Assembly (NCBI GenBank): GCA_963924565.1
Contig: OZ004615.1
Coordinates: 19,406,001-19,470,000, forward strand
Reading direction: 5' to 3'
Length of the DNA: 64,000 bases
Source of the DNA: Ascidiella aspersa
Lineage: Eukaryota
Under the pieces are notes generated by a model. The model ran no database searches and was not told the origin of the DNA. It saw nothing but the letters and a program-made list of their open reading frames with translations. Positions 62,584 to 64,000 of the stretch are shown piece after piece. The translations under genes and the position numbers were made by a program. How positions within the stretch are numbered: the first letter of the stretch is position 1; each line of letters starts with the position of its first letter.

Positions 62584-64000
62584 GTGTTTTCTACATACTT
62601 TGATAACCAAGTCTAGATAACCCACCGCTATTTTTAAGGGGTGAAATTTGAAACGAATTCTTTTTAAACTTATTACCAAGATTAAATATGAATTACCAAC
62701 CTTGTCAAACACAACTTTTCACCCCAGTGAACAACTGTGTTGTCTCATAGTCCACTTAATCCTTCATTTCCGTGCTTACTAGTATTTTAGCGAAGTATTA
62801 AGTTGCATCCAAATCACTGCGGCGGATATTTACGCAAAACTTCACACTTAACCTCGAAAAAAATACGAAACCTCAGGCCACACAAGGCGATATAAACAGG
62901 CGCACATAACTTGTAAAGGGACCCCTAAGGTGCAACAGAACTAATGTATTTTGGCTGTCGTTCTCGGGCAATTTTTTATTGAGGCCCACCCGTGCAGTTA
63001 TTTTAACAGTAAGGAAAACCGCTCGGTTACTCGTTTGCGAATGTCACTTTTGGCGTTGAAGGATTTACAGCGGTAAGTTTAACGGCCAAATAAAGTAACG
63101 GTTATACGTTCAAAAAACTCGCACGACAAAAAAAAATGAAAGTCAAAAACTGTCTAAATAATAATGACGGTTATTTGTAATGTTTTCCTGCTTCCTGGAT
63201 TTTAACGAGAGGTTTGCTAGAAGAATGTGTGCCGTGTTTTAGTTTTAGCACCTATACAATGATTCTGAACTGCCCAACTGATGTGTAGGACCAGGTTTAG
63301 TGAGAAGATACATATATTCTGTTATCAGGGTCACACGACTATAAATCCGACAAAACCAGATGTTGTTCTAATTCTGTAGTTAACCTCTGCGATTTGAGAT
63401 GGTGGATAATGTTGTCTAATCATTAAAAAATGTGCCGTGATACCGTGGCATAAAATATTTAAAACCAGTTGGCCTTTGATTATTAAAATGCAGGCAAGAC
63501 ATTGTCCTTCTGAAATAATTAGATTGATCTTCAGTTCCTTGACTTCGCCGCATCCTAGAAGCTGATTTTGCTTGTAATTATTATCGGCCATCTTGTCTAG
63601 GTTTGTGTCCCACTCCTGCATACGCTGTGTACTGTTAGAAAGTGGCCCATAATCGTTGACAATGTTAACTGTCAAACTAAAAAATATCAGGAATATTGTA
63701 TGCACACGTTTAAATATGTAACGTCAATAGTATAAAAAATAAATATCTAAAGAAATGTAAGTGTACGCTTGGCATCGGCTGTTGGGAAAAGGTAACCTGT
63801 TGAAAAATTCGAACTCATCACCTCAACTATACATGGCCGTCGATCTATCAAGTGTGGTATTTTGTGATAAAAGATAAGTCACTTCGTAATACACCCTTTA
63901 CGTCCTTAGAAACATGCTCTATAGCTTAAAACATTCTATAGACTTTCCTGTCGTAGTCAAAGTCAGTCATTATTAAGTTCTAGTCATTAAAAAGATGTTT

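Noticed and set aside
63331-63705. 124-aa minus-strand ORF
   Set aside because: No recognisable motif or supported splice structure; cannot be called from sequence alone.

Overview
Eukaryotic (animal) genomic DNA, most likely an ascidian tunicate. This is an inference from at least 9 TGACGTCA palindromes, short GT-AG introns and CpG-rich non-coding DNA. Almost none of the supplied ORFs look real. About 1-60 kb is an apparent gene desert in which ~0.3-0.8 kb GC/CpG-rich islands alternate with AT-rich spacers roughly every 1-1.5 kb. The spacers hold many short mobile-element relics: hAT-type MITEs with 8-bp TSDs, an AAGTC-rich MITE family, a nested I-group (Ingi/Vingi-like) LINE 3' end, tRNA-derived SINE heads and several local duplications. 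At ~60.7-62.6 kb, spliced + strand exons missed by the ORF track encode a TSPN/laminin-G domain resembling the TSPEAR N-terminus, possibly followed by a second TSPN domain. The most striking observation is seven dispersed ~90-220 bp insertions, each centred on a minimal type-I hammerhead-ribozyme-like core (CTGAWGA-T-stemII-GAAACGTY). The better-preserved copies share one layout: direct repeat, inverted copy of the tail, hammerhead, tail, ~25-35 nt extension, direct repeat. They look like ultra-short Penelope-like-retroelement or retrozyme hairpins from at least two families, and one lies in sense inside the TSPN gene. All coordinates and alignments were read by eye; no searches were run.
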